A stretch of 64,000 nucleotides of DNA from an uncultured delta proteobacterium (GCA_963816145.1 CAWFJP010000004.1:512001-576000), one strand, 5' to 3'; shown: positions 1 to 10,197, counted from the first letter of the stretch. Notes: generated by a model not told the origin, from the sequence alone. Numbers and translations: made by a program.

Positions 1-1254
1 AGCCATCGAGTGTCGCCGATCGTAAGGGATTTTTGAATAGTGGTAAAGCGAGAGTTCGTTTTGGTTGGCTTGAGAATAATTGTAAGCAAGGGAGAAGCGC
101 GAGTCCACGTCATCCGGGCGAAGTTGTAATAGCCGCTCTGTTAAACCGAACAACAAGTGTTTTTCTTTTTCGATGTCCGCAGCTTTGCGCAAGGTATCCA
201 ACAAAATAATCTCTCCACCATCCGCTTGAGGTGCAAGGACTTTCATTTGTTTGACGATGTCCTGGCTTCGCTCTTTACGTCGCGCTCGCACAAACGCGAG
301 GGCGGCATCACCAAGTCTTGCCAATATAACCTTCTTGTCTTCGCTTTTGTCTGCAGCAACGAGGAAACATTCTCCGGCTTTATCGTGTTCTGCGTACTTC
401 TGATAGCCGAGGCCGAAATACCTTTGAATATCACTATTGTCACGATACTTATTTGCTAACGCCTCAAGCTTAGTGAGCGCACCACCTTTCCCTAGATCTA
501 GTCGCAGATATTCACCGCGAGCCTCCCATCTCTGTCTGTTTGCTTCAATCTGCCCTTCATCAGTGGCAAAGAACGCCTCAGTGATCCGCTTCTCGCCATT
601 GGTATCTCCCGTTAAGATCATATGAAACACAGCGAATTCGTAATCTTGCCTGTGCCAGTCTTGTTTCGGCTCTAACCACTCCGGAGACGTCGTTGCGTGT
701 GGTGTGGGTGTATCGTCGGCTGCCGCCGACATATCTGTCTCGGGAATAAAGATAGATTTTGCTTTCGGCCGGAGAGATTGGATCATCTCTAGGAGCTTTC
801 CAAACGATTTTTCTGGTGCGCTACGTTCAAACGGTATGTATTCCAGATTCCCCTGTAGTCCCCCCGGTTGCCGTAATCCACTTTCTACTAAAAGGATCAG
901 TTCCATGCCTCGTCCGATTGCTAGTCCAATTTCTTGAATTATCCAGTCAGAGGTTTTTGGTGAGTATCGATCTTCAGGGCCATTTAGTAACTTGCGCCTG
1001 AATTTATTTCTAGAGAGATGCACCGTATCTATAACGGCTTCCTTTCGTGTACAGATACCAATAAACAAGTTTTTGTCTTTAATAAGATTCAAAACCTTAT
1101 CCGCGAGATCTTTCGGCTCCGCAGGTTCAGCGCTTTCCCAGCTGAATTCAATTTCCATGCTTTTGATCTGGTTAAAATACTTTAGAAATGCCTCGACAAC
1201 CGAATGATCGTCGGCTGTAAAGCTGTGGCCTACAAAAGCATTAAGCTGAGTCAT
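1..1254 (-). CDS. TIR-like domain plus TPR-repeat protein, 3' end outside window (not in ORF track)
   Basis: Manual translation from ATG 1254 (GAGGTG RBS upstream) is open to base 1: MTQLNAFVGHSF...KNLFIGICT...SDWIIQEIGLAIG...PGGLQGNLEYIPF (TIR-like strands, catalytic-type Glu), then TPR-like helices such as LLQLRPDDVDSRFSLAYNYS. Visibly AT-richer than the rest of the window. Confidence 0.8.
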   Translation of the reverse strand, partial: MTQLNAFVGHSFTADDHSVVEAFLKYFNQIKSMEIEFSWESAEPAEPKDLADKVLNLIKDKNLFIGICTRKEAVIDTVHLSRNKFRRKLLNGPEDRYSPKTSDWIIQEIGLAIGRGMELILLVESGLRQPGGLQGNLEYIPFERSAPEKSFGKLLEMIQSLRPKAKSIFIPETDMSAAADDTPTPHATTSPEWLEPKQDWHRQDYEFAVFHMILTGDTNGEKRITEAFFATDEGQIEANRQRWEARGEYLRLDLGKGGALTKLEALANKYRDNSDIQRYFGLGYQKYAEHDKAGECFLVAADKSEDKKVILARLGDAALAFVRARRKERSQDIVKQMKVLAPQADGGEIILLDTLRKAADIEKEKHLLFGLTERLLQLRPDDVDSRFSLAYNYSQANQNELSLYHYSKIPYDRRHSMA

Positions 1255-1277
1255 TTTCTTGTCACCTCAAAACGACG

Positions 1278-1304
1278 AGGGGCAGGTTTCAAACCTGCCC
1301 CTAC
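1278..1304 (-). repeat. GTAG-type REP palindrome
   Basis: Minus strand reads GTAGGGGCAGGTTTGAAACCTGCCCCT; relatives at 6828-6851 and 52561-52586. Confidence 0.75.
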
Positions 1305-1333
1305 ATAAGTTGCGAAAATGTAATTAGCCTTTC

Positions 1334-3619
1334 TTACGCCTTCCCCGCCTCCTTCAACGCCCGCAGCACATTCTCCGGACTGAGCGGCAGCTTGGTCACC
1401 CGCACGCCGGTCGCGTTGAAGATCGCGTTGGCGATGCAGGCCATGGGCGGGACGCAGGCGATTTCGCCGGCGCCTTTGGCGCCGTAGGGGCCGGCGCCGG
1501 GGTAGCCTTCGACCAGCGTGGTTTCGATGCGCGGCATCATGTTGATGGTCGGCATCAGATAGTCGACGAAGCTTGGGTTCAAGGTCCGGCCGTCTTTGTC
1601 GAAGACGACTTGCTCGCACAACGCCTGGCCGATGCTCATCGCGGCGGCGCCTTCGATCTGGCCTTCGGCGGCTGCTCTATGAATCGGCTGGCCGATGTCG
1701 TGGACGGCGACGTATTTTAAAATTTTCACGTTGCCGGTGTCCGGTGCTCGACTTCGACGATGCAGGCGTGGGCCGTGAAGGGCTGGGAGCTGCCGTGGGC
1801 TTTTTCCTCGGCCATCAATGCAAGGTTGTCGCAGTAGCCGCGGCCGATGACTTCGCCGATGACGTTGTGCGCGTCGGTGGCGACGGTGGCGAGAGGGACG
1901 CTTTTCGCCGGCGTGCCTTTGACCCGAATCTGCTTGTCGACGATCTCCAAATCTTCCGGGCTCGCTTCCAGTTTGCCGGCGGCCATTTTGAATAGCTGAT
2001 TGCGCGCGTCGATGGCGGCGAGCCGAGACGCGGTGCCGGAAACCAGGATGCCGCGGCTGCCGACCGTGCCGGCGTCCCATGGACTGGCGTCGGTATCGAC
2101 GTTCGACCACGGTGACATCGGTCACCGGTATGCCGAGCTCTTCGGCGACGATCATTGGAATACCGAAACCGGGGATGGTGCCCATGTCGATCTTGCCGAT
2201 ATGGACCGTCACCGAGCCGTCTTCGTTGACTTTGACGATGGAGCCGCCGCCGGGACCGGCGCTTTCGATCCATGAGCCGGTGGCCAGGCCGATGCCCTGG
2301 TTCTTTTCCAGCTTCACTTTGCCCCAGCCGATTTTCTCCTTGGCGATCTTGATGGTCTCGCCGAGCGAAACATCGCGTAGCTTGGGCACGCCGACGATCT
2401 TATCGCCCGCCTTGGGCATGTTCTTCATGCGGAGTTCCGTTGGGTCCATGCCGAGCTTGGCGGCGATGGAGTCCATATGCGATTCGACAGCGAAGGCCGC
2501 TTGCGGGCCGCCGGGGCCGCGCACCGGGCCGCAGACCTGTTTGTTGGTGTAGACGGTGAAGCCTTCGATGTGGCAGTTGGGCATCAAGTACCAGCCGCCG
2601 AGCATGTTGGTGCAGCGGCCGCCCGCTTGAACGCCGAAGCCCGAATAGCCGCCGGCATCGTAGAAAACTTTACCGGTGCGAGCGACAATGGTGCCGTCTT
2701 TTTTCACGCCGGTCTTGATGTACATGCGCGCACCCGCGCGAATGGTCGTCGAGATGGTTTCCTCAGCCTTATCGAGAACGATCATCACCGCGCGCTTGGT
2801 CTTGATCGCCAACAGGCCGCAGATCGGTTCTACGGCGGCGCTGGAGGTGATGCCGCTGCCCTTGCCGCCGAAACCGCCACCCAAGCCGGTGGAGATGACG
2901 CGAACGTCATTCAATCGCAACCCTAGCATCTTCGCGGTTTCCTGGCGCACCGGGAAGGGCGCCTGGGCGTTGGCCCAGACGGTGAGCCGGCCGTTGGGTT
3001 CCATCTGCGCCGCGGCGATGCGCGGTTCCAAATACTGCGGATGGATCATCTTGGTGTCGTAAACTTCCTCGACTACGAGATCGGCTTCGGACATAGCCTT
3101 GTCGGGATCGCCGACATGGACGACGGCGTGGCCGCAGACATTTTTCATGTCTGCGGGAGCGGTTTTTGGCAGCGGCATGTCGTCATGCAGCACCGGCGCG
3201 GTGGGTTTGGTTGCCTCTTCAGCATCGATGACTACCGGCAGCGGCTCGTAATTGACTTTGATCTTCTTGAGTGCGGCCTTGGCGATGGCCGGGGTATCGG
3301 CGGCGACGGCCGCGACCGGGTCGCCCATGAAACGGACTTTACCGCGCGCGAGGATGTGGCGGTCGATGTAGCTGCGGCCGTAGCGCACATTCGGCGCATC
3401 AGCCGATGTGACCACGGCGTGGACGCCGGGGACTTTCTTTGCTTCGCTGGTGTCGATGCTGACAATTTTCGCGTGGGCGTATTGGCTGCGCAGGATCGCG
3501 CCATGGAGTTGGTCTTTGAGCATCAAGTCGATGCCGTAAACGCCCTTGCCGATGACGCGCTCGATGCCGCCCATTCGGGCGGGGCTGGTGCCGATGAATT
3601 TGAATTCAGCTTTTGCCAT
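1334..3619 (-). CDS. Xanthine dehydrogenase-family molybdopterin-binding large subunit (two compensating frameshifts near 2105 and 1745)
   Basis: GGGFGGKG, RGPGGPQ and GAKGAGE motifs. The family-typical middle part (DTDASPWDAGTVGSR...) lies in the overlapping 1726..2118 frame. Confidence 0.9.
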   Translation of the reverse strand: MAKAEFKFIGTSPARMGGIERVIGKGVYGIDLMLKDQLHGAILRSQYAHAKIVSIDTSEAKKVPGVHAVVTSADAPNVRYGRSYIDRHILARGKVRFMGDPVAAVAADTPAIAKAALKKIKVNYEPLPVVIDAEEATKPTAPVLHDDMPLPKTAPADMKNVCGHAVVHVGDPDKAMSEADLVVEEVYDTKMIHPQYLEPRIAAAQMEPNGRLTVWANAQAPFPVRQETAKMLGLRLNDVRVISTGLGGGFGGKGSGITSSAAVEPICGLLAIKTKRAVMIVLDKAEETISTTIRAGARMYIKTGVKKDGTIVARTGKVFYDAGGYSGFGVQAGGRCTNMLGGWYLMPNCHIEGFTVYTNKQVCGPVRGPGGPQAAFAVESHMDSIAAKLGMDPTELRMKNMPKAGDKIVGVPKLRDVSLGETIKIAKEKIGWGKVKLEKNQGIGLATGSWIESAGPGGGSIVKVNEDGSVTVHIGKIDMGTIPGFGIPMIVAEELGIPVTDVTVVERRYRRQSMGRRHGRQPRHPGFRHRVSARRHRRAQSAIQNGRRQTGSEPGRFGDRRQADSGQRHAGEKRPSRHRRHRRAQRHRRSHRPRLLRQPCIDGRGKSPRQLPALHGPRLHRRSRAPDTGNVKILKYVAVHDIGQPIHRAAAEGQIEGAAAMSIGQALCEQVVFDKDGRTLNPSFVDYLMPTINMMPRIETTLVEGYPGAGPYGAKGAGEIACVPPMACIANAIFNATGVRVTKLPLSPENVLRALKEAGKA

Positions 3620-3649
3620 GACTGGTCTCCTAATCTGCTTAAGAAATTT

Positions 3650-3726
3650 TCCCGCAAAGGCGCAAAGGCGCCAAGGTAAGAAATAAACACTCCTCCGAAC
3701 TTTGCGTCTTTGCGCCTTGGCGGGAG
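3650..3726. repeat. Inverted 9-mer-periodic element (CGCAAAGGCG type)
   Basis: TCCCGCAAAGGCGCAAAGGCGCCAAG ... CTTTGCGTCTTTGCGCCTTGGCGGGA between the S and L subunit genes. Confidence 0.85.
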
Positions 3727-3751
3727 ATCATTTTCTTCTCGGGTTCTTTCC

Positions 3752-4216
3752 TTAGAGCTTCGATGCCGCGAGGTGGATCGCGTCGACGATCTTGTTGTAG
3801 CCGGTGCAGCGGCAGATGTTGCCGGAGACCGCTTCTTCGATGTCCGCCGGTGTCGGCTTGGTGGTGCGGTCGAGCAGCGCTTTCACCGACATGATGTAGC
3901 CCGGCGTGCAGTAGCCGCACTGCACCGCGCCGGTGTCGATGAAGGCTTGTTGCACCGGGTGGAGCTTTTCGCCCTCGGCCAAGCCTTCGATGGTAGTGAT
4001 CTTGGCGCCGTTGGCGTCGGCGGCAAGTGTCACGCAGGAATTGATCGGCTTGCCGTTGTAGATCACCGTGCAGGCGCCGCACTCGCCGGTGTTGCAGCAC
4101 AGCTTGCTGCCCTTCATTTCCAAAGTGTCGCGGAGAAACTCCAACAGCGAAGTCGATGCCTCGGCGCTGGCGCTGACCGCTTGGCCATTGATGGTCGTAT
4201 TGATCGTGACGGACAT
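3752..4216 (-). CDS. 2x[2Fe-2S] small subunit (CoxS/XdhC-like)
   Basis: CNTGECGAC, QCGYC and CRCTGY motifs; start overlaps the upstream stop (TAATG). Confidence 0.93.
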   Translation of the reverse strand: MSVTINTTINGQAVSASAEASTSLLEFLRDTLEMKGSKLCCNTGECGACTVIYNGKPINSCVTLAADANGAKITTIEGLAEGEKLHPVQQAFIDTGAVQCGYCTPGYIMSVKALLDRTTKPTPADIEEAVSGNICRCTGYNKIVDAIHLAASKL

Positions 4217-5079
4217 TATGCAACCTCCTTGCCGGTGGCGGCTTTCCAAGTTTGTTCGAGACCGCGGCGGGTCAATGCTTCGACGATCCAGCGGCGGTTC
4301 TCGGCGCTGCTGCGCTGATCGCTGATCGGGCTCGCTTCGCTCGCTGCTAGCGTGCCGGCTTCTTTCAACAGGGCGGCGGTGAGCGGCTTGCCCTTTAGCA
4401 ATGCTTCAGTCTTCGGCGCGCGCACCGGCGTCGGCGCCACGGCGCCCAAGCCGATGCGAACATCTTTCACGTTGCCGGCGTCGGCGCTGAGCAGGACAGC
4501 GACGCCGACCATGGCGATGTCCATGGCGCCGCGCACGGCGTGCTTCAAATAAACGCCTTTGCTGCCCGCCGGCGGAATCGGCACTTCGATCTCCGTCAAC
4601 AAGCCTTTGACACCGGCCGCGCTCTTGCCCGGGCCGTGAAAAAATGACTTGAACGGTTCGCTGCGCTCGCCGTCGGAAAAGGCGAGGATCGCGTTAGCTT
4701 CCAACACCAGGAGCGGCGTCAGGGTTTCGCCGGAGGGTGAGGCGCGGCAGATATTACCGCCGATGGTGGCGGTGTTGCGCACCTGCAGCGAGGCGAACTG
4801 GTGCGCCGATTCCCAGAGCACCGGCAGCTTGTCGCGCACAATGGCGCTGGTTTCGATCTCGCGGATGGTCGTCAGCGCGCCGATGCGCAGCGTGCCGCCG
4901 CTTTCCGAGATGCCGGCGAGGCTCGGGATTTTTTTGATATTGACCAGACAGCCCGGCTCTTCCTTGAATTTAATATCCACCATCACGTCGGTGCCGCCGG
5001 CGATCACCTTGGCCTCGTTGCCATGTTTGGACAACAGCGCCAAAGCGTCGCTGATCGATTTCGGTTCAAAGTATTCCAT
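4216..5079 (-). CDS. FAD-binding medium subunit (CoxM/CutM-like)
   Basis: AGGTD and QVRNTATIGGN motifs. Confidence 0.93.
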   Translation of the reverse strand: MEYFEPKSISDALALLSKHGNEAKVIAGGTDVMVDIKFKEEPGCLVNIKKIPSLAGISESGGTLRIGALTTIREIETSAIVRDKLPVLWESAHQFASLQVRNTATIGGNICRASPSGETLTPLLVLEANAILAFSDGERSEPFKSFFHGPGKSAAGVKGLLTEIEVPIPPAGSKGVYLKHAVRGAMDIAMVGVAVLLSADAGNVKDVRIGLGAVAPTPVRAPKTEALLKGKPLTAALLKEAGTLAASEASPISDQRSSAENRRWIVEALTRRGLEQTWKAATGKEVA

Positions 5080-5262
5080 GGTATTTCCTCATTATGGGTT
5101 TTTGTCTCATTGGAACTGTGTCTTAGCCCAAGTCGCGTGATATTGGCAAGGGCAGCAGAGGATTTGCCGGAGTAAATCCGCGGAAATATCACTGAGACTG
5201 GCGGCTCCGGACCTATGGGTCGTTAAAGACACCTGGCAGCGAGAACTTGAGGCTTACTGTAG

Positions 5263-5601
5263 ATGAAGCGAGATCCGCAGCGGGTCGCGCGCCCCAAAGA
5301 AGCCGGCAGATGGCGCGATTGGTTTATGCCGGCGGATGTCGAATACGATCGGCCATTGTTTCAAGACTTTCTCGTCAAATACGCATACGAACTGGACTGG
5401 ACGTTGAATCCCAATCCGCGCATCGCGGCGGAACATTCCACGCTCTACGTGCAGAGAATGCTCGAAGAGGGCATCGAAGCACGGCGCAAGGCGAAATCCC
5501 GACTTCGCGCCAGGTTCAAAGCTTGGCGATTCGTTGGATCATTCTTGAGCGCTTGGACTGGTTCGCTTGCCGCAGGCACCGGTTGTTTTCTCCAGCTCTG
5601 A
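5263..5601 (+). CDS. Hypothetical protein
   Basis: 112-aa ORF filling an otherwise empty gap; no recognised motif. Confidence 0.4.
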   Translation: MKRDPQRVARPKEAGRWRDWFMPADVEYDRPLFQDFLVKYAYELDWTLNPNPRIAAEHSTLYVQRMLEEGIEARRKAKSRLRARFKAWRFVGSFLSAWTGSLAAGTGCFLQL

Positions 5602-5750
5602 TGGAATCGCTCGCCGGACTCATTATCGCGAAAAATTCGTTGAAGTCTTAACTAAACTCACCTTGCAGTTTGTATCTACCGAGAATATAGAATCAGTGCA
5701 TTCACGCAGCCGGCGTTGATCATTTTTGAGCCGCTAAAGGAATTTAATCG

Positions 5751-6791
5751 ATGCGATTGCCACACCGCGACCCGATTCAGCTGGGTCTGACAGCTTACGA
5801 ACTGTTTCAAGAAAAAGAGGGGATTCCCTCGGTCACCGGTTTTTTCATCGAAGACCTGATGGACGTCGAGGTCAAGCCCTGGGCGCGCATGGGGGCGCTC
5901 GGATTCGTATCTGAATCTCGGCGAGCAGCAGGAGACACGACGCTTATATTTGCGAGATCCCCGCCGGCAAACAGACCGAGCCGCAGCATCATATGTTCGA
6001 GACGCTCGATCTACATTCACAAAGGGCGCGGCGCGACCACGGTTTGGTTCGAGGGCGACGCCAAGCAGACTTTCGAGTGGGCCGCCGGGGCGATCTTTGC
6101 GATTCCGCTCAACGTTTCCTACCAGCACTTCAATGTTTCTAACGAGCCGGTGCGCTTTCTTGCCGGCACCAACGCGCCCCATGTGATCAATTTGTTTCAC
6201 AACGAAGATTTTATTTTTCGCAATCCGTTTCAGTTCCGCGATCGCTTCACGCCGGAGCGGGAATTTTTCAACTACAATAAGAAACTAACGGTGCGCTCGT
6301 GGGAATCGAACCTAGTTCCTGACGTCAACACTTTTACCCTCGACGATTATCCGATGAAGGGCAAGGGCGTGAAGATCATGCGCTTCGGTCTTGCCGGCAC
6401 GACTTACGGCTGCCACGTGCAGGAATTCCCCGCTGGCAGTCGCAGCCTGTTTCACCGCCATGGCCCGGGTGCCATCGTGTGCGTAACTCAGGGAACGGGC
6501 TTCGCAATGGTGTGGCGCGACGGCGAGGAGCGCACGCGCTTCGAGATCAAGCCCGGTTCGATCTATTCGCCCGGCGATCTCATGTACCACGGCCATTTCA
6601 ACACCGGCCACACAACGCTGCGCCACTTCGCCATGCGCGGCCGCAGTCCAAAGTTCAGCCAGGATCGCTTCCGCACCAAGCTGCATGAGATGATTCCGCT
6701 CGACGAAGAGCCGCCGGAGATTCATCCGATGTATTTGGCAGAGTTAAAGCGCAATGGCGTGAAGTCGGAGATATCCGTGGTTGAAGAGTAG
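5751..6791 (+). CDS. Bicupin protein (gentisate 1,2-dioxygenase-like fold), local indels at about 5900-6010
   Basis: Homologous to 31107 and 32377: FEWAAGAIFAIPLN..YQHFN, HRHGPGA, YHGHFN. The segment CEIPAGKQTEPQHHMFE is shifted out of frame. Confidence 0.85.
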   Translation: MRLPHRDPIQLGLTAYELFQEKEGIPSVTGFFIEDLMDVEVKPWARMGALGFVSESRRAAGDTTLIFARSPPANRPSRSIICSRRSIYIHKGRGATTVWFEGDAKQTFEWAAGAIFAIPLNVSYQHFNVSNEPVRFLAGTNAPHVINLFHNEDFIFRNPFQFRDRFTPEREFFNYNKKLTVRSWESNLVPDVNTFTLDDYPMKGKGVKIMRFGLAGTTYGCHVQEFPAGSRSLFHRHGPGAIVCVTQGTGFAMVWRDGEERTRFEIKPGSIYSPGDLMYHGHFNTGHTTLRHFAMRGRSPKFSQDRFRTKLHEMIPLDEEPPEIHPMYLAELKRNGVKSEISVVEE

Positions 6792-6799
6792 AGAGAATT

Positions 6800-6968
6800 A
6801 ACCACAAAGAGCACAAAAGGCACAAAATAGGGGCGCAGCATGCTGCGCCCTCGGAGTCGGGACAACAGGCGCAAGGAACACAAGGGCGACAAAGTAAAAA
6901 GCTAATTCACCACTAAGGCATAGAAAATAAATTTCTTTCCTTCGTGTCCTTCGTGCCTTCGTGGTGAA
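6800..6968. repeat. Cluster of ACCACRAAG 9-mer arms with a GTAG-like REP
   Basis: AACCACAAAGAGCACAAAAGGCACAAAA; TAGGGGCGCAGCATGCTGCGCCCT; TTCACCACTAAGGCA ... CTTCGTGTCCTTCGTGCCTTCGTGGTGAA. Confidence 0.75.
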
Positions 6969-6987
6969 CCAAATCCGGGGAGAATTT

Positions 6988-8445
6988 ATGTCTGAACTTG
7001 CTTACACGGATTTTCGCAGCTTCGTCGAAGAAGCGAAAAGGATCAGCGACTTTCGGATCATCGAAGGGGCGGATTGGGATGCCGAGATCGGAGCGTTGGT
7101 GGAATCCACCGCCGAGTTGGTATCGCAGCCGCCGATGCTGATCTTCGACAAAGTCAAAGGCTACCCGGCTGGGTTTCGGGTTTGCAGCTTGCCCTACGCG
7201 GCCTATCGTAGAGTAGCCTTGGCGCTCGGTTTGCCGACTGACAAGACGAAATTAGAAACTTTGCGCTTGGCAGCGCGCAAAGTGCGCGGCGCCGAGCCGA
7301 TCCCGCCCAAGGAAGTCAGCACCTCGCCGCTCTTCGAGAACAAACTGACTGGCGCCGATGTCGACATGCTGAAATTCCCGGCGTTGCGTTTTCACGAGAA
7401 CGACGGCGGGCGCTATTTCGGCCCCGGCGGTGGTTTGATCAACCGCGATCCCGACAGCGGCTACGTCAACACCGGCACCTATCGCATGCAGCTGCACGAC
7501 AAGAATACGCTTGGTCTGTGGATGAGCCCCGGACAAAATGGCCGGCAGATTTGCGCCAAGTATTGGGACAAGGGGAAGAGCTGCCCGGTGGTGGCAAGTT
7601 ACGGCCAGCATCCGATGGTGTTCATGCCTTCGTACACCAAGTTTCCCTACGGCCGCTCGGAGATGGAGATTTCGGGCGGTTTGATCGGCAGACCGTTGGA
7701 AGTTTTGCGCGGGCCGATTACTGGACTGCCGATTCCCGCGTCTTCCGAGATCGCCATCGAAGGCGAAATACCGCCGCCGTCGGAAGAGGCGCGTGCCGAG
7801 GGACCGTTCGGCGAATGGCCGGGCTATTATTCCGGCGGCACCACCGGCACGGGCGAGAACCAACCGATCATTCGCATCAAAGCGATCTATCATCGCAACG
7901 ATCCGATCCTCGAAGACGAGGCGCCGCTCTGGCCGGGAGCGGTGAAGATGGATCTGCATATCTCCGCCGGCGTGCTGTGGGACCAGCTCGAGAGCGCAGG
8001 CATTCAAGACATCGCCGGCGTCTACAACCATACGTCTTACATGACGGTGGTGTCGATCAAGCAACGCTATCCCGGACATGCCAAGCAAGCGGGGCAAGCG
8101 GCGCTTAGCTGCGCGGCGGGCAATCGCAACGGCCGTTACGTCGTTGTCGTCGACGACGACATCGACCCGACCAACATGAAAGAGGTCTTGTGGGCGATGA
8201 TGACGCGGGTCGATCCGCCGACCAATATCGACATCATCGACGGCTGCTGGTCGACGCCGCTCGATCCGCGCATGCCGCCGGAGAAGCGCGAAAACAAGGA
8301 CCACACCAACGGACGGGCAATTTTCTACGCCGTGCGGCCATATCATTGGAAAGATAAATTCCCCAAAGTCAGCCGGTCGAGTCGCGAGTTGCGCGAGAAG
8401 ACGATCGCCAAGTTTCGGGGAGTCATCCCGTTTCCGGGGGTGTGA
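6988..8445 (+). CDS. UbiD-family (de)carboxylase
   Basis: DGGRY, NTGTYR, EGPFGEWPGYY and VVVVDDDID motifs. Confidence 0.93.
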   Translation: MSELAYTDFRSFVEEAKRISDFRIIEGADWDAEIGALVESTAELVSQPPMLIFDKVKGYPAGFRVCSLPYAAYRRVALALGLPTDKTKLETLRLAARKVRGAEPIPPKEVSTSPLFENKLTGADVDMLKFPALRFHENDGGRYFGPGGGLINRDPDSGYVNTGTYRMQLHDKNTLGLWMSPGQNGRQICAKYWDKGKSCPVVASYGQHPMVFMPSYTKFPYGRSEMEISGGLIGRPLEVLRGPITGLPIPASSEIAIEGEIPPPSEEARAEGPFGEWPGYYSGGTTGTGENQPIIRIKAIYHRNDPILEDEAPLWPGAVKMDLHISAGVLWDQLESAGIQDIAGVYNHTSYMTVVSIKQRYPGHAKQAGQAALSCAAGNRNGRYVVVVDDDIDPTNMKEVLWAMMTRVDPPTNIDIIDGCWSTPLDPRMPPEKRENKDHTNGRAIFYAVRPYHWKDKFPKVSRSSRELREKTIAKFRGVIPFPGV

Positions 8446-8484
8446 TCGGGGAAAGTAATTGACGGGTGACATTCTGTGATCCGA

Positions 8485-8722
8485 CCTCTTCCCCCTTGAG
8501 AGACTGTGTCGCAACTGTCATTTCGAGGTGAAGCCGAGAAATCTCTTCTTCATATGTGGCTGAAAACACGAGATCCCTCGCTGCGCTCGGGATGACAAAT
8601 GTGGGGCATTTGCGCATTACGACACAGCCTCCGACGGGGGAAGGCTAGGATGGGGGTCCTGCGCACGTCATTGAAATTGACGGGCACCCCCACCTCAATC
8701 CTCCCCCGTCAAGGGGGAGGAG
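8485..8722. repeat. CCCCC..GGGGG double-hairpin element interrupted by a MITE
   Basis: Matches the uninterrupted copy at 53406-53506 once 8500-8631 is removed. Confidence 0.85.
8500..8631. mobile_element. About 130-bp MITE-like element with 15-bp TIRs carrying a TGTC-REP pair
   Basis: GAGACTGTGTCGCAA ... TTACGACACAGCCTC; the interior is nearly the reverse complement of 29355-29486. Confidence 0.8.
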
Positions 8723-8776
8723 GTAATAAAGTCGGAGCACGATAATTCTTTCACAACAGTGTGAGGCTGCAGCATT

Positions 8777-10056
8777 ATGATTTCGCGCGAGGAAAACCAA
8801 CTGCTAACTCAAACCGGCGCCGGCACGCCGTGCGGCGAGTTGCTGCGCCGCTACTGGCAGCCGGTGGCGTTATCGGAGGAGTTGAAAGCTGACGAGGCGC
8901 CTTTAGCTGTGACCTTGATGGGCGAAGAATTGGCGATTTTCCGCGACGACAAGGGGCGCGTCGGCGTGCTCGATGCACATTGCTGCCATCGCGGCGCTGA
9001 TTTGACTTACGGTCGCTTAGAGGATGGCGGTCTGCGCTGCATTTACCACGGCTGGTTGTACGACATTAAAGGTAGAATCCTCGAACAACCCGGAGAGCCC
9101 AATGGCGGCGAAAACCGCGATGCGTTTTGCCAGCCGTCGTTTCCGTGTCAGGAATCCGGCGGGGTGATCTTCGCCTATATCGGACCGGGGAGCCGCCGCT
9201 GTTGCCCAACTACGAGTTTCTCCAAGTGCCGGATGACCACCGCTTCGTTTCCAAGATTCATCACTCGTGCAACTACCTGCAGTCCAACGAAGGCAACATC
9301 GATCCGGTGCATCTGTCGTTTTTACATCGCAAGCTGGAGTTGACCGAACTCGACAAGCAACGGCGCGTCACCGGCAGCGAAAGTTCGCCGAATGCTTTAT
9401 TCGGCGCCGATCTGGCGCCGCGCATCGAGTTGGAGCTCACCGATTTCGGCGTGCGAATTTTCACCGTGCGCGATATCGAAGACGAAAAGATTTATTTTCG
9501 CACCTCCAACTTCATCATGCCCAACTTTAGCACCTTCCCCGGGCAAACGGCGGCGGAAGGATATTCGGTCAACTGGCATGTGCCCATCGACGATTACAAT
9601 CACTGGAAATTCGTCATAGTTTTCAGCCGCAAGCGGGCGTTGGTACGCGAAATGATGTTGCGCGGGCGCGACGAATTGACCGCCGACTATCATATGGTAC
9701 GCAACAAGGCGAATCGTTATCTGCAAGACCGCGAGTCGATGAAGAACAAATCGTTCAGCGGTATCGGACATAATTTTCAGGCCCAGGATGCTTGTGTGAT
9801 CGAAGGCGCCGGCGCGATTCAAAATCGTACTAAAGAACATCTGGTGACCTCGGATAAAGCCATCGTCGCGGCGCGCAAGTTGTTGCTCAAGGGGATTCAG
9901 GACGTAAAAGAGGGCCGCGATCCGTTGCATGTCATCCGCGATCCCAAGGCTAACCATTTTTCGCATCTGGCAGTGATCTCCGAGGTGACGCCGAAGGCGG
10001 CGGATATTCGGGCTATCGTGCAGGAAAAGATTAGGCAGCAGAGCGCGATGAGTTAA
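8777..10056 (+). CDS. Rieske non-heme iron oxygenase alpha subunit (Pht3/OphA2/LigXa-like), frameshift near 9190
   Basis: CCHRG..CIYHGW Rieske motif; EGNIDPVHLSFLH and QD mononuclear-iron motifs in the 9127 frame; close paralog of 56626. Confidence 0.9.
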
Positions 10057-10077
10057 ACCAGATGCTTTGTTCTCTCA

Positions 10078-10175
10078 ACCCTCGCCCACGAAGTGGGAGA
10101 GGGAAGGGTGAGGGTCATGGCATCGCTCAAACCGAGCCCTCACCCCGACCCTCTCCCATCGGAATGGGCGAGGGT
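10078..10175. repeat. CCCTC-type double-hairpin element
   Basis: ACCCTCGCCCACGAAGTGGGAGAGGGAAGGGTGAGGG ... CCCTCACCCCGACCCTCTCCCATCGGAATGGGCGAGGGT. Confidence 0.85.
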
Positions 10176-10197
10176 GATATCGGATTGTGGGAAGTAT

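Noticed and set aside
1726-2118. Programmed frameshifting or a real overlapping gene in the XDH large subunit
   Set aside because: No slippery motif is evident, and similar indels occur throughout the window.
1334-5079. Aerobic CO dehydrogenase coxMSL
   Set aside because: The large subunit lacks the AYxCSFR/AYxGAGR loop and no accessory cox genes are present.
7252-8514. Long antisense ORFs (also 21766..22998, 36070..37197, 44250..45740, 58703..59830)
   Set aside because: Shadows of GC-rich genes on the opposite strand, with no motifs of their own.
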